The translations under genes and the position numbers were made by a program. Source: an uncultured Bilophila sp. (GTDB lineage: Bacteria; Desulfobacterota; Desulfovibrionia; Desulfovibrionales; Desulfovibrionaceae). Taken from it: DNA of 64,000 nt. The notes under the pieces were generated by a model, which worked only from the letters and a program-made list of their open reading frames with translations, had not been told where the DNA came from and did not search any database. Below are positions 1 through 10,362 of this stretch, one piece after another. Numbering within the stretch: the stretch's first letter is position 1; every line of letters begins with the position of its first letter. The DNA lies in NCBI RefSeq assembly GCF_902373525.1, contig NZ_CABKMN010000005.1. One strand, written 5' to 3'.

Positions 1-78
1 CTGCTGATCGTCATCGTGCAGGTGTTCCAGAGCTTCGGCAACTGGGCGACCAGACGGAGCGACCGCCGCGTGTCCTGA
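1..78 (+). CDS. metI: Methionine ABC transporter permease MetI, C-terminal fragment (gene begins upstream of window)
   Basis: Frame-1 translation LLIVIVQVFQSFGNWATRRSDRRVS* ends at 78. Hydrophobic permease tail immediately upstream of metQ, the typical metNIQ order. Confidence 0.55.
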   Translation: MLIVIVQVFQSFGNWATRRSDRRVS

Positions 79-144
79 TCGGCTTCCCTCGCGGCACCGC
101 CGCCGGGGACCGTTTCACCCTATAACCTTTTTTGAGAGGAAAGC

Positions 145-951
145 ATGAAAACCTTCCGTACCGCGCTCCTGACCGCGGCCCTGTCCCTCGTCGTCGCCGC
201 CGGTTCCGCCAACGCGGCCCAGACCACCAAAATCAACGTCGGCGCGTCCCCGACCCCGCACGCGGAAATCCTCAAGGTTGCCAACGACGTGCTGAAGCCG
301 CAGGGCTATGAAATCAAGATCGTCGAATATTCCGACTACGTGCAGCCCAACATGGCGCTCGAAGGCAAGGAACTGGACGCCAACTTCTTCCAGCACAAGC
401 CCTATCTGGACGACTTCAACAAGGAAAAGGGCACCAAGCTCGTCTCCCTCGGCACGGTCCACTACGAACCCTTCGGCATCTACGCCGGAAAGACCAAGTC
501 CCTCGCCGATCTCAAGGACGGCGCGATGGTGGCCGTTCCCAACGACACGACCAACGAGGCCCGCGCCCTGCTGCTCCTCCAGTCCAACGGCCTGATCAAG
601 CTGAAGGACGGCGCCGGACTCACCGCCACCCGCCGCGACATCGCGGAGAACCCCAAGAAGCTCAAGATTGAGGAAATCGAAGCCGCCCAGCTCGTACGCG
701 CCCTGCCCGACGTAGACCTCGCCATCATCAACGGCAACTACGCCATCCTCGGCGGCCTCAAGGTAGCCGACGCCCTCGCCGCGGAAAAGGCCGACTCCAT
801 CGCCGCCAAGACCTACGCCAACATCCTCGCCGTGCGCGCCGGAGACGAAAACCGTCCCGAGCTACAGGCCCTGCTCAAGGCCCTCAAGAGCGACGCGGTC
901 AAGGATTTCATGAACAAGAAGTACGAAGGCGCCGTGGTTCCCGCGAACTAG
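145..951 (+). CDS. metQ: D-methionine ABC transporter substrate-binding lipoprotein MetQ (NlpA family)
   Basis: 268-aa ORF with signal peptide MKTFRTALLTAALSLVVAAGSANAA. NlpA/MetQ-like sequence throughout (KINVGASPTPHAEIL, NGNYAILGG). AAAGCATG RBS-like context. Confidence 0.9.
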   Translation: MKTFRTALLTAALSLVVAAGSANAAQTTKINVGASPTPHAEILKVANDVLKPQGYEIKIVEYSDYVQPNMALEGKELDANFFQHKPYLDDFNKEKGTKLVSLGTVHYEPFGIYAGKTKSLADLKDGAMVAVPNDTTNEARALLLLQSNGLIKLKDGAGLTATRRDIAENPKKLKIEEIEAAQLVRALPDVDLAIINGNYAILGGLKVADALAAEKADSIAAKTYANILAVRAGDENRPELQALLKALKSDAVKDFMNKKYEGAVVPAN

Positions 952-961
952 GCCGCCCGAC

Positions 962-995
962 GCCCTGCCGGAATCGCCCGGCAGGGCATTTTTTC
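962..995 (+). terminator. Rho-independent terminator after metQ
   Basis: GCCCTGCCGG-aatcg-CCGGCAGGGC hairpin followed by ATTTTTT. Confidence 0.6.
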
Positions 996-1557
996 ACGGC
1001 GGACGCGCCCCCACCACTCTCCGCAACGCCGGTTCCCCCTCCCGTCCGCAGTCCCCGCTCTTCTCCCCGTTCGATACCCGCAGCCGTCGCGCGCGACGAC
1101 GCCATGCCGCTCCGTTGCGGCACGGCACTCCGTTGCGGGCTCTGCGCGCCCTCCTCCATAAACCGACAACCGAAAGCCGGGAACGGGAGGCCCGCCGTCA
1201 TGACCCGCCGTCTTCACAGCGCGTGCGGGACGGTCTTGAAAGGGCTCCCGCCGCGTACGGCCAAGCGGCTCGGGAATCTCTTCTGACGAATGAGGCTCCG
1301 CACCCGGAGTCTCGGCCAGTACGGACCCACGGAGGCGTTCAGGAACCGCGCAGACGCACACGCCGGAACCGCCACCGACGGAAGCTCTCCGGCCCTGTGG
1401 GCGTAGCAGGCTGTTTTTGCTTGACTCTTGAGGACAGGGGATTTACGTCTTCATCCGCCGCGCGTCCTTTCGGGATGCGGGGCCTTCGGGAGCGCCCTTC
1501 GGCCCCGGAGACGGCGGAATCACCGCCGCGCGAACTCCGTGTCCGGCAGTTGAGGAG

Positions 1558-2226
1558 ATGAAGCACACCAAACACATTCAGGTTTCGGAGTCGTTCCAGT
1601 TGTACGCCCTGCTGGCGCTGACCGGCGGCTTCCTCGACGTGTATACCTACATCACCAGAAGCCACGTCTTCGCCAACGCCCAGACCGGGAACATCGTCCT
1701 GCTCGGACTGAACCTCGCCGAAGGCAATTTCAGGAACGTTCTGGACTATTTCTTCCCCATCGTGGCCTTTGCGTTCGGCATTCTGTTCACTGAGTGGATA
1801 CGATCGCGCTACAAGGAATACGACCTGCTGCACTGGCGGCAGATCGTCGTGTTTTTCGAGATGCTGCTGTTGTTCTTTCCGGCCTTCATGCCTTCCGGGG
1901 CAGGGGATACGGCGGTGAACGTGCTCATTTCCTTCGTGTGCGCCGTGCAGGTGGAGAGTTTCAGAAAAGTGAACGGGCACAGCGTAGCGACCACGATGTG
2001 TACCGGCAACCTGCGCAGCGCGACCGAGCAGATTTTCCACTACATTCGCTCGCGCGATCCGACCGCCGCCAAGTGCATCGTCAATTACTACGCGATCATC
2101 CTGTTCTTCATTTTCGGCGCGGCGCTGGGGACGGCCCTGACCTTCGCCTTCGCCGAACGGGCGGTCCTGTTCTGCTGCGGATTTCTGGGCATCGCCTTCC
2201 TGAGCATGTTCGCCAAGGAACTGTAG
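1558..2226 (+). CDS. YoaK/DUF1275-family inner membrane protein
   Basis: 222-aa polytopic membrane ORF. N-terminal LYALLALTGGFLDVYTYITRSHVFANAQTGNIVLLG is characteristic of the YoaK/DUF1275 family. Confidence 0.7.
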   Translation: MKHTKHIQVSESFQLYALLALTGGFLDVYTYITRSHVFANAQTGNIVLLGLNLAEGNFRNVLDYFFPIVAFAFGILFTEWIRSRYKEYDLLHWRQIVVFFEMLLLFFPAFMPSGAGDTAVNVLISFVCAVQVESFRKVNGHSVATTMCTGNLRSATEQIFHYIRSRDPTAAKCIVNYYAIILFFIFGAALGTALTFAFAERAVLFCCGFLGIAFLSMFAKEL

Positions 2227-2262
2227 CCGGGTCCGGCATCCGCCCGCGATACCGCGGTACGC

Positions 2263-3621
2263 CTACGGGTGAGCGTGGAACCGTTCCTTTTCCTTGTACA
2301 TAAGCCCGTCGGCCTGCCGCACCATATCCATGACGTCCAGCGCATCGTCCCGCCACAGACAACCGAGGGACAGCGCGCCGGGGTAGGTTTCGTCCACTTC
2401 CTTTCGGAGCGCGGCGATCTTCCCTTCGAACACCTCTTTCGCGATGTTCGGGCACAGGAAAACGAATTCGTCCCCGCCGACGCGGAACAGGTCCTCGGCT
2501 CTGAAATGCCGCAGGAACACGGCGCTCACGGCCCTGATGTACTCGTCTCCCGCGCCGTGCCCGTGCCGGTCGTTGATGCGCTTCAGGCCGTTGAGGTCGA
2601 CGAAGGCCACGCCGAGAACGCGCGGAGGGGAAGCCTCCAGCGACTTGAGCGTCAGCATGTAGCTGTTCCTGTTGTGCAGCTTCGTGAGCGCGTCGTGGCA
2701 GCTCATCCACCGGAGTTCCCTTTCCATACTGCGCTTTTTCTGCTCGTTGGTCGTGAAATAGGCCAGCGACCGCAGCAGGGAAAGATCGTCCCGGTTGCGA
2801 CGGGGATTGTCCACGCCGATGAATCCCGTCACCGCACCGTCCAGAAGCAGCGGCACGGCGATCAGGCTCTCGATGTCCTGCGGCTTGATGACGGCGTACG
2901 CCTCCGGACATGTTTCCCTGAGGGACTCGACGGAATCCAGAACGATGCAGCCTTCTTGCCTCAACCCCTCGATCCAGAACCGGATGTCGTTGCAGGCGAC
3001 ATGCTGGAGGATGCCCTTCTGCGGGGCGACGCCCTTCCTGCACCATTCGAACGTATTGTTGAAAATGTGGGCGCCGCCCTCGCCCTCGATATGCTCGAAG
3101 ATATAGGCGCGATCCGCCTCGTGCAGCTCCCCGAGGTGGGACAGGATCATATGGACGGCCTGCGAAAAATGTTTTTCGGAGCCCAGCATGCGGATACATT
3201 CCATCAGGATGCGTTCGATGCCGAGCCTGCGCCGGGCCGCTTCGCTGATGTTTTCGCTTTCCGTGACGTCAACGGCGAGTTCCAGCCGGGCAAGACGTCC
3301 CTTCCAGCGGATCAGCTTGTCCCGGAGCAGATAATGCCGATGATTGACGGGGCTCGTGTGTTCCCAGACATGGAAGGCGTCGCAGGTCAACAAGGCGTTC
3401 GTGCAAAACGGGCAGGGGGTGTCCCGGCGCTGAAGCAGCCGGTAACACTTGCCCCTGATGTCGGTCAGCCCCATCTGCTTCTTGCCGGCGGCGTTCAGAA
3501 ACAGCAGATCGTACGACACGGGATCGCTTACATAGATGATCTCGTCCATCTCATCGGAAACGACCCGCGCGATGCAGTCCGAGCAATCCGAGTCCGGTTG
3601 ACGGGAAACGTTTCGCATCAT
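2263..3621 (-). CDS. Diguanylate cyclase (N-terminal sensor region plus GGDEF domain)
   Basis: 452-aa ORF. C-terminal domain has DALTKLHNRNSYM, GVAFVDLNGLKRINDRHGHGAGDEYI and the RVGGDEF active-site motif. The N-terminal ~250 aa is an uncharacterised, Cys-rich sensor region. Confidence 0.85.
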   Translation of the reverse strand: MMRNVSRQPDSDCSDCIARVVSDEMDEIIYVSDPVSYDLLFLNAAGKKQMGLTDIRGKCYRLLQRRDTPCPFCTNALLTCDAFHVWEHTSPVNHRHYLLRDKLIRWKGRLARLELAVDVTESENISEAARRRLGIERILMECIRMLGSEKHFSQAVHMILSHLGELHEADRAYIFEHIEGEGGAHIFNNTFEWCRKGVAPQKGILQHVACNDIRFWIEGLRQEGCIVLDSVESLRETCPEAYAVIKPQDIESLIAVPLLLDGAVTGFIGVDNPRRNRDDLSLLRSLAYFTTNEQKKRSMERELRWMSCHDALTKLHNRNSYMLTLKSLEASPPRVLGVAFVDLNGLKRINDRHGHGAGDEYIRAVSAVFLRHFRAEDLFRVGGDEFVFLCPNIAKEVFEGKIAALRKEVDETYPGALSLGCLWRDDALDVMDMVRQADGLMYKEKERFHAHP

Positions 3622-4209
3622 GATACCACCCTGTACCCTGACGGGCCGATGTTGGAGACAGTTCCCGGACCGCCTGCGGGAACACGACCGTATGCCTCAC
3701 CAAGCCCGGAAAACCGGCTTCGGACAACCTGACAGTTCCCGTTTCGCACGGCTGGAGGAAAGAGCTTATACCGAGCGTCCCCCCTTATCAAGAAGGCTGC
3801 CCGATGGGGGCCCCCTCCCGACCGGCAAGGGACCGCATGACCGCAGCCTCGCGTCTCCGCCCTCTTCCGACAAGGATTCCGGCAAGCGCCGCCATTCTCC
3901 CGGAAGCCTGCACGGTACGGAGTACAATGCACGGAGTTGACAACCTCGCGGACCGAAATACGGTGCGCCTCGCCCGGTCGGCCATGTGCGGCCGTTCCGG
4001 CGTTCCCGTTCTCCCCTTTCCCGCCTCTTCCGCGCGAAATCCGGCATGCCCACGCAGTCCTTGCCCTCGCGGCCTCCCTTTCTTCATCTCCACCATGAAA
4101 CTGAAAGGCGGCGTGATCATGGCGGAAAACATCCGCTCCCCGTCCATCCTCCGCTGCGGGCCGTCTGCATGACCATCCCGTTCGCGTTTCCGTAACCTGT
4201 CCTTCACAA

Positions 4210-4245
4210 AACGAAAAGCCCTCCCCCAAGAACCGGAGGAGGGCC
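4210..4245 (-). terminator. Rho-independent terminator downstream of tehA
   Basis: On the minus strand, GCCCTCC-loop-GGAGGGC hairpin followed by TTTTCGTTTT. Confidence 0.5.
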
Positions 4246-4252
4246 GTGCGGA

Positions 4253-5236
4253 CTACTTTGCCGCCGGAGGCGGACCCAACAGGAACTTCCCCTGCACGAT
4301 GCGCAGGGCGGTGCCCAGAATGAGCAGGGCGATGGCCCCGTTGGCGAACAGAAAAATCGGCAGGGCCATCATTCCGACCGGGCTTTCCGGATTCCGGGCG
4401 AGAAAATGCAGCGACGACACCGCCAACGCGGAAATGCCGAACGAAAACGCCCAGAAGGACACGGAGAAAGGCTGTTCGAAGGTCCAGCGCAGCAACCGGG
4501 CGAGGAAAAGGAGCTGAAGCAGGCCGTAGCCGAACAGTATCTGGGCGAAGAGGTCCGGCTGGCCGCCGTTCACGAACAGATAGGCTTCACAGGCCACCAG
4601 CGGCGGCGCAAGCTGAATGCCGATGGACGGACGGAGCGGGTTGGGCAGGGCCCCGAGGGTGCGGAGGCGTTGCAGGATGACGCCTTCCAGACTCAGCCAC
4701 GAGAACAGGCCCGCGCCGAAAAACAGCAGGCCCCAGTCCGCATATCCCAGCGCGCCCAGCGTGATCGCACTGATCAGGTTGCCGGAAACCGTGGGCAGGT
4801 AGACGCCCGGCGTGGTGGCCTCGGGCGAATGCAGCCCACGCCAAAGTCCGGCGCTCCGGTACGCGGCGAACCCGAGCTGCCCCACCGTCCCCACGATCAC
4901 GAAAGCCAGCGCCGCCGTCCGCGAATACGGCATGACCGCCGCGCCCATGAGCATGGTCGTCGCCGGAAACAGACTGATGTAGCAGCACTGGACGGGATCG
5001 CCCACCTCGGCCAGCGCGGCGGGACGGAACCACACCCACTTGACGATGAACGCCAGCGACAGGGCCAGCCAGACGATCCCCGCCAACGCCATCAGCGCCT
5101 CGCCCACAAATCCCGGAACAGGCCACACCTTCGCGGCGATGCGCCACGCGGTCCCCATGCCCGCGATGCCGAGAACCATACCGAAATACGCCGCCGGAAT
5201 GGGGAATGTCTTCACCGGAGGAAAAGGGGTAACCAT
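4253..5236 (-). CDS. tehA: Tellurite-resistance/dicarboxylate transporter family protein TehA
   Basis: 327 aa, near colinear with E. coli TehA from memory (PAGYFGIVLG, LFPATTML, WRGLHSPEATTPGVYLPTV, LGIQLAPPLVACEAYL, LFGYGLLQLLFL). AAAGGAG RBS before the ATG. Confidence 0.85.
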   Translation of the reverse strand: MVTPFPPVKTFPIPAAYFGMVLGIAGMGTAWRIAAKVWPVPGFVGEALMALAGIVWLALSLAFIVKWVWFRPAALAEVGDPVQCCYISLFPATTMLMGAAVMPYSRTAALAFVIVGTVGQLGFAAYRSAGLWRGLHSPEATTPGVYLPTVSGNLISAITLGALGYADWGLLFFGAGLFSWLSLEGVILQRLRTLGALPNPLRPSIGIQLAPPLVACEAYLFVNGGQPDLFAQILFGYGLLQLLFLARLLRWTFEQPFSVSFWAFSFGISALAVSSLHFLARNPESPVGMMALPIFLFANGAIALLILGTALRIVQGKFLLGPPPAAK

Positions 5237-6013
5237 GCTCGTCTCCTTTGCTGAAAGGCCGGAACGCCCGCCGGTCCGCCCGAAACGGGCCTTTTTCCGT
5301 TCGTGCCGTCATTCGATAGCAGTAATGACTCTCTCTTAGTCCACTCCCCTGCGTTTGACAATCGGCGGAAACAGGGAGGCGGCGTCACCTGCTCCAAAGC
5401 GTTTCGTTTCTCTAATATGGCGAAACAAAATTGTTTTTTGTGTATAACCTCCCCCAAACACTCAAAACGGGGACTGCAGGGAGCTCTCGATAACCCGTTT
5501 CCATCGTTTATATTTATTGAACGTTTATAAAAAAATACTTTTCGCCAAAAAAATTCCGTCTCTTCCCCCGGGGGGCCCCTCAAAGCCGGTTTCCCGCTGC
5601 GTGCGGCATTGCATTCCGAACGCCCTTCCCCGGATGCTCCCCCACAGAAACGCTCGTCCGGCGAAATGCCGCGCCGGGGTGCGCGGCGGAATCCGATTCC
5701 GCAGGGCGCTTCTACCGAGCGGAAAACGCCGCCTGCTGAAACGGCCCGCCGGACTTGGCGGGCCGGACGAGTTCCCGAGAAAGCAAAGGCTGATCAAAAC
5801 GGACGCCGCCCTTTCGTTCCGAATGCCGCCATCAAGGCAACCTCTTTGCGCCTACGCTGAATTAAAACCGTGGACCATCATTCCAACTTGACCGAACAAG
5901 GATAAAAAGACAAAACAAGTACATGGAGTTGCAACTGAAGTCCGGCTGTACGAAAGCCGGGAACAAAGACGCGGCCCAATACCAAGGATAGTCTATTGCA
6001 AGAGTAGTATCTG

Positions 6014-6940
6014 ATGCACGTTGAACGTCTTTTCAAGATCATTTTCTTATTGATGAATGGATCGTGTACGACTGCGAAAGAACTGTCGGAACATTGTTCC
6101 GTATCGGTAAGAACGATTCAAAGGGATTTGGATACCCTGAGTCTTGCAGGCATTCCGATATGTTCCAGCCGGGGATATGGCGGTGGGGTGGGACTGCTCA
6201 AGGAGTTCACACTCGACAAGACCTTTATGACTGAACAGGAACGGACCGATATACTGCACGGCCTGCAAGCCCTACGAGGAACGGGATACGCTGACGCTAA
6301 CGACTCTTTCAACAAGTTCGCCGCGCTGTTCAGAAAAAAAGCGGAAAACGGCTGGTTGCGCGTGGATTTTTCCTCATGGTGCGCTTCAGGCTTCGGCAAG
6401 GAAAAGTTTGACCGGCTGAAAGACGCGATTCTTGGCAAAAAGGTCATCACGTTCACCTATTTCAACTCTGAAAACCGTATTTCAGAAAGATGCGCGGAAC
6501 CCTTATGCCTGTTGTTTCGGGAACGTGCTTGGTATGTCTGCGTTTTTGACCGAAAAAAAAACCGTGAAACGATACTGCGGGCTTCACGCATCCGCGATTT
6601 GCGCGTGACGGACGAGCGATTTGAGCGGGTCATGCAGACTGATCCCATGGCAACGCCGGACTATTCAACCAGCTATGCATTGCAGCGGGTTGTCCTTCGT
6701 GTGAAGGCTGAACACGCCTTTAGGGTTTTCGACGAATTCCCGGAACAGCACATTTCCCCTCAGCCGGACGGCACGTTCCTGATAGACGAACCGATGCCCA
6801 TCAACGAATGGCTTACAGGCTACCTCCTTTCCTTCGCCGACGGTCTGGAAGTCATCGAACCTTTACGCCTGCGGGATGCCCTGAAAGAAAAAATCCGTCT
6901 GATGAAAAAGAAATATGACAATCTGTTGTCCGATTCCTGA
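6014..6940 (+). CDS. HTH plus WYL domain transcriptional regulator (YafY-like)
   Basis: 308 aa. N-terminal DeoR-type HTH (TAKELSEHCSVSVRTIQRDLDTLSLAGIPI). Central WYL-like segment (FTYFNSENRISERCAEPLCLLFRERAWYVCVFD). C-terminal WCH-like region. Confidence 0.8.
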   Translation: MHVERLFKIIFLLMNGSCTTAKELSEHCSVSVRTIQRDLDTLSLAGIPICSSRGYGGGVGLLKEFTLDKTFMTEQERTDILHGLQALRGTGYADANDSFNKFAALFRKKAENGWLRVDFSSWCASGFGKEKFDRLKDAILGKKVITFTYFNSENRISERCAEPLCLLFRERAWYVCVFDRKKNRETILRASRIRDLRVTDERFERVMQTDPMATPDYSTSYALQRVVLRVKAEHAFRVFDEFPEQHISPQPDGTFLIDEPMPINEWLTGYLLSFADGLEVIEPLRLRDALKEKIRLMKKKYDNLLSDS

Positions 6941-6989
6941 CGATATAGCTTGTCCGTCACATTTCCACACCCCAAAGCTGGAGGCAACG

Positions 6990-7613
6990 ATGGACGTTTA
7001 TGAAGCGATTGCGACTCGGAGAACCGTTCGGGATTTTGAGGACAAACCGGTTGAAATGAGCCTTATCGAGCGGGTGCTTGACGCCGGCCTGAAGGCGCCA
7101 AGCAACAACCACCTCCGCCAATGGGAGTTCGTCATCATCAACGACAGGGAGGAACGGGCAAAGGTCCTGCGGGTAAAGGACATGACCAGCCGGGATGAGT
7201 GCGATAACATGCTCGATGGATTCGGCTTGACTGACGAGGTGCAACGCAACATGTACCACGAAGCCATGCCAAGGCAGTTTTCCATGCTCTATCATGCCGG
7301 ATGCCTGATACTTCCTTTTTTCAAGGTACGGGAGCCGTTGCTCCATCCAAGCTCGCTCAGCTCCCTCAACGATTTCGCCTCCATCTGGTGCTGCATTGAA
7401 AACATATTGCTCGCCTCGGCATCTGAGGGAATCTTTGGCGTGACCCGTATTCCTATGGCCGAAGAATCCGCGCATATTCAAAAAGTTATCGGACACCCGG
7501 ACAACTATGTCATGCCGTGTTATATCGCTTTGGGATATCCCGCGAAGAACGCCTCCAGACCGAAGCAAAAACACATCCAGGTAAGAGAGAAAATACATAT
7601 GCATACATGGTAA
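6990..7613 (+). CDS. Nitroreductase family protein
   Basis: GGAGG RBS then ATG at 6990. MDVYEAIATRRTVRDFEDKPVEMSLIERVLDAGLKAPSNNHLRQWEFVII is the typical NAD(P)H nitroreductase N-terminus. Confidence 0.8.
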   Translation: MDVYEAIATRRTVRDFEDKPVEMSLIERVLDAGLKAPSNNHLRQWEFVIINDREERAKVLRVKDMTSRDECDNMLDGFGLTDEVQRNMYHEAMPRQFSMLYHAGCLILPFFKVREPLLHPSSLSSLNDFASIWCCIENILLASASEGIFGVTRIPMAEESAHIQKVIGHPDNYVMPCYIALGYPAKNASRPKQKHIQVREKIHMHTW

Positions 7614-7903
7614 CGGCACCATAACGACAGTGCCGCGGCGCGGCGTATCGCCGCTCCGACAGAAGGCCGTTCCTCATGGAACGGCCTTTTCAGCCTCCGG
7701 GGCATTTCCTCATAAACAAAGGCCGGAAGCGCCCGGAAAAAGGGTTGCGTCCTCCCCCGTCATGGGCATTTCAGCGGGACGCCCCTCAAAAAACGGAAAC
7801 GCCCGTTTCCCGCTCCGAACCGTTCCCGTTCAAACGCCCTCCGCGCTCCCGCCTCCCTGCGAACGGTGTTGCATCGTCCCTCTTCCGGGGCTATCACACC
7901 GCC

Positions 7904-8812
7904 ATGAACAGCCTCCAACTCCGCAATTCCTTCCTGTTGTTGCTCACCGCGATCATCTGGGGCGTGGCCTTCGTCGCCCAGAGCGTGGGCATGGACTACG
8001 TCGGCCCCTTCACCTTCACCTGCGTGCGCTCCGTCATCGGGGGCCTTTTCCTGATCCCCTGCATCGCGATCCTCAACAGGCTGAACCCCGCCCGCCGGGC
8101 GGAACGCGCCGTTCCGAAAACCGGCCTCTTCCGGGACCGGACCCTGTGGCTGGGCGGCGTATGCTGCGGCGTCATGCTCTGCGTCGCCAGCTGTTTCCAG
8201 CAGATCGGCATCATGTACACGACCGTCGGCAAGGCCGGGTTCATCACGGCGTTCTACATCATCATCGTACCGCTTCTCGGCCTGCTGTTCGGAAAACGGT
8301 GCGGGCTGTTCGTCTGGATAGGGGTACTGCTGGCCCTCGTCGGGCTGTACTTTCTGTGCATCACGGAGAGCCTGACCGTGGAATTCGGGGACTTCCTGAT
8401 CTTCGTCTGCGCCATCCTGTTCTCCATCCACATTCTGATCATCGACTTCTTTACCCTGCGCGCGGACGGGGTGAAGATGTCCTGCATCCAGTTCTTCGTC
8501 TGCGGCGGGCTCTGCGCGATCCCCATGCTGCTGTTCGAATCGCCGGACCTGTCGCAACTGTTCGCCGCGTGGAAGCCGATCCTCTATGCGGGCGTGCTCT
8601 CCAGCGGCGTAGCCTACACCCTCCAGATCGTCGGCCAGAAGGGCATGAACCCCACGGTCGCCTCGCTGATCCTCAGTCTGGAATCGGTCGTATCGGTGCT
8701 TGCGGGCCTGATTCTCCTCAACCAGCATCTGAGCACGCGGGAAACCGTGGGCTGCGTGTTCATGTTCTGCGCCATCGTGCTCGCGCAGCTTCCGCAGAAA
8801 CGGCGAAGCTGA
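7904..8812 (+). CDS. EamA/DMT-family transporter (10 TMS)
   Basis: Internal ATG at 7904 begins a 302-aa polytopic protein with two EamA-like repeats (LLLTAIIWGVAFVAQSVGMDYVGP, AGVLSSGVAYTLQIVGQKGMNPTVASLILSLESVVSVLAGLILLNQHLS). The upstream in-frame extension is Pro/Arg-rich junk. Confidence 0.8.
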   Translation: MNSLQLRNSFLLLLTAIIWGVAFVAQSVGMDYVGPFTFTCVRSVIGGLFLIPCIAILNRLNPARRAERAVPKTGLFRDRTLWLGGVCCGVMLCVASCFQQIGIMYTTVGKAGFITAFYIIIVPLLGLLFGKRCGLFVWIGVLLALVGLYFLCITESLTVEFGDFLIFVCAILFSIHILIIDFFTLRADGVKMSCIQFFVCGGLCAIPMLLFESPDLSQLFAAWKPILYAGVLSSGVAYTLQIVGQKGMNPTVASLILSLESVVSVLAGLILLNQHLSTRETVGCVFMFCAIVLAQLPQKRRS

Positions 8813-9043
8813 GAACGTGCCGGCGGTTCCCGACATGTGGCGCACCCGTTTCCGCAACGCCTTGCGGAAGGCCCCAAACGCGCCGCCGTCAGAAACGCTG
8901 ACGGGCTCCTTCTTCCCTTCCGGGAGCCCCGCTGCGGACGGGACGAGGGGCCTTACGGTTCTCCGAAACGAGGCCTATTCAAGTAAAAAACGCTGAAAAG
9001 GCGGCGTATTGCGGAGAACGTCCGCCGAATCCGCAACGGCCCC

Positions 9044-9083
9044 CAAAAAAACATAAGGCACCACCTCTCGATGATGCCTTATG
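9044..9083 (-). terminator. Rho-independent terminator downstream of azlD
   Basis: Minus strand: CCATAAGGCA-loop-TGCCTTATG hairpin followed by TTTTTTT. Confidence 0.55.
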
Positions 9084-9131
9084 GAAAACCGGGTCCGGGC
9101 AGAGCCGTCCTACGGGGTCCTTGCGCCGCGA

Positions 9132-9431
9132 TTACGGCAGCACATGCCGCAGAATCCCGCTTGCGGCGATGCCGATGAGCACCGTGGGCAGCATGGAAAG
9201 ACGGCTCGCCGCCACTACGGTGATCGCCAGCGCCAGCAGTTCGGACGGACGATCCGAAACGAAGGAAGGCGCGATTACGGCAATGAGCACGCAGCCGGGC
9301 GCGGCCTCCATGACCGCCTGCGCGCGGAGGCTCAGGGTCCTGTTCCGCAGCACCACGAATCCCAGCGTCCGGGTCAGATACGTGACCGCCGCCATCGCCA
9401 CGATGGTACACAACGACGCGAAATCAACCAT
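9132..9431 (-). CDS. azlD: Branched-chain amino acid transport protein AzlD
   Basis: ~100-aa hydrophobic protein (MVDFASLCTIVAMAAVTYLTRTLGFVVL). GGAGG RBS before the ATG at 9431. Immediately follows azlC. Confidence 0.75.
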   Translation of the reverse strand: MVDFASLCTIVAMAAVTYLTRTLGFVVLRNRTLSLRAQAVMEAAPGCVLIAVIAPSFVSDRPSELLALAITVVAASRLSMLPTVLIGIAASGILRHVLP

Positions 9432-10149
9432 TGTTTCCTCCCCAGCAGTAGGCGGAGACAAGACCGGAAACCGCTCCCGCGGCGACGTACCAGGCTCCCG
9501 GAACCAGCAGGTAGACGACGGCTGCGACGACGAGGCTCACCAGCCACGGCCGCGCGGAACGGAAGCCCTTCCACATGCCCCGCAGCAGCACCAGAAACAC
9601 CGCCGGAAAGGCCATGCCGAACCCGTAGGACTCCACATCGCCGAGCGAAGGCCCGATGAGAGCCCCGAGCGTCGTGCAACTGACCCAGACGCCGTACATG
9701 CTCGCCGAAACGCCCAGATAATAGGGCAGGCTCAGAGGATTGCGCGCCCCGTCCCGAACGCGTTTCTGGGCGTCCGCGTAGGCCATCGCCCAGCTTTCGT
9801 CGCACATGAAGAACAGCGCGGGCAGCACGTTGCGCTTGGGAAGCCCGTGCAGCCACGGCGTCAGGGCCGCCCCCATGAGCAGGTGGCGGCTGTTGATCAG
9901 GAGCGTTACGGCGGCGATCAGCAACAGATGCGGCGGCGAGGTCCACAACTGGATCGCCGCAAATTCCGATCCGCCCGCAAAGTTCAGCCCGGTCATAAGC
10001 GGCACCTCTATGACGCTGAGCCCTTTCTGTGCGGCCTGCGCGCCCAACACGAGCGCAAAAGGCAGGGTGCCCAAAAGTACGGGCACGGATTCCCGCATCC
10101 CCCGGAAAAATTCGGTTCTCGCCGGAACCCGTTCCGGTGTATCCTGCAT
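9424..10149 (-). CDS. azlC: Branched-chain amino acid permease AzlC
   Basis: Internal start MQDTPERVPARTEFFRGMRESVPVLLGTLPFALVLGAQAAQKGLS. The ~240-aa AzlC family signature is present (GLNFAGGSEFAAIQLW). Upstream part of the long ORF is low-complexity. Confidence 0.8.
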   Translation of the reverse strand: MQDTPERVPARTEFFRGMRESVPVLLGTLPFALVLGAQAAQKGLSVIEVPLMTGLNFAGGSEFAAIQLWTSPPHLLLIAAVTLLINSRHLLMGAALTPWLHGLPKRNVLPALFFMCDESWAMAYADAQKRVRDGARNPLSLPYYLGVSASMYGVWVSCTTLGALIGPSLGDVESYGFGMAFPAVFLVLLRGMWKGFRSARPWLVSLVVAAVVYLLVPGAWYVAAGAVSGLVSAYCWGGNNG

Positions 10150-10362
10150 GACGCCTCCGCTGACTGGTGGTTCTTCTTTGATGAACGGGCATGTCGTTAC
10201 GCTTCCGAGGCGCACCCAGTCAATCCCGGTCCACACGATCCGGCAACGGGCGGCCCCTTCGCGTCCCTTTGCCATTCGCCGGGCTTCGTGGCACTCTGCC
10301 TTTCCGCGCAGCTCGACGCATCCCGCGCGGAAGAAGGCCGGGGATCGCCCGGCGGGAGGGCG

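Noticed and set aside
2108-3732. Long ORFs 2108-3199(-) and 2269-3732(+) overlapping the GGDEF gene
   Set aside because: Arg/Pro/Gly-rich low-complexity translations, typical GC-rich shadow ORFs. The minus-strand GGDEF ORF has real domain signatures
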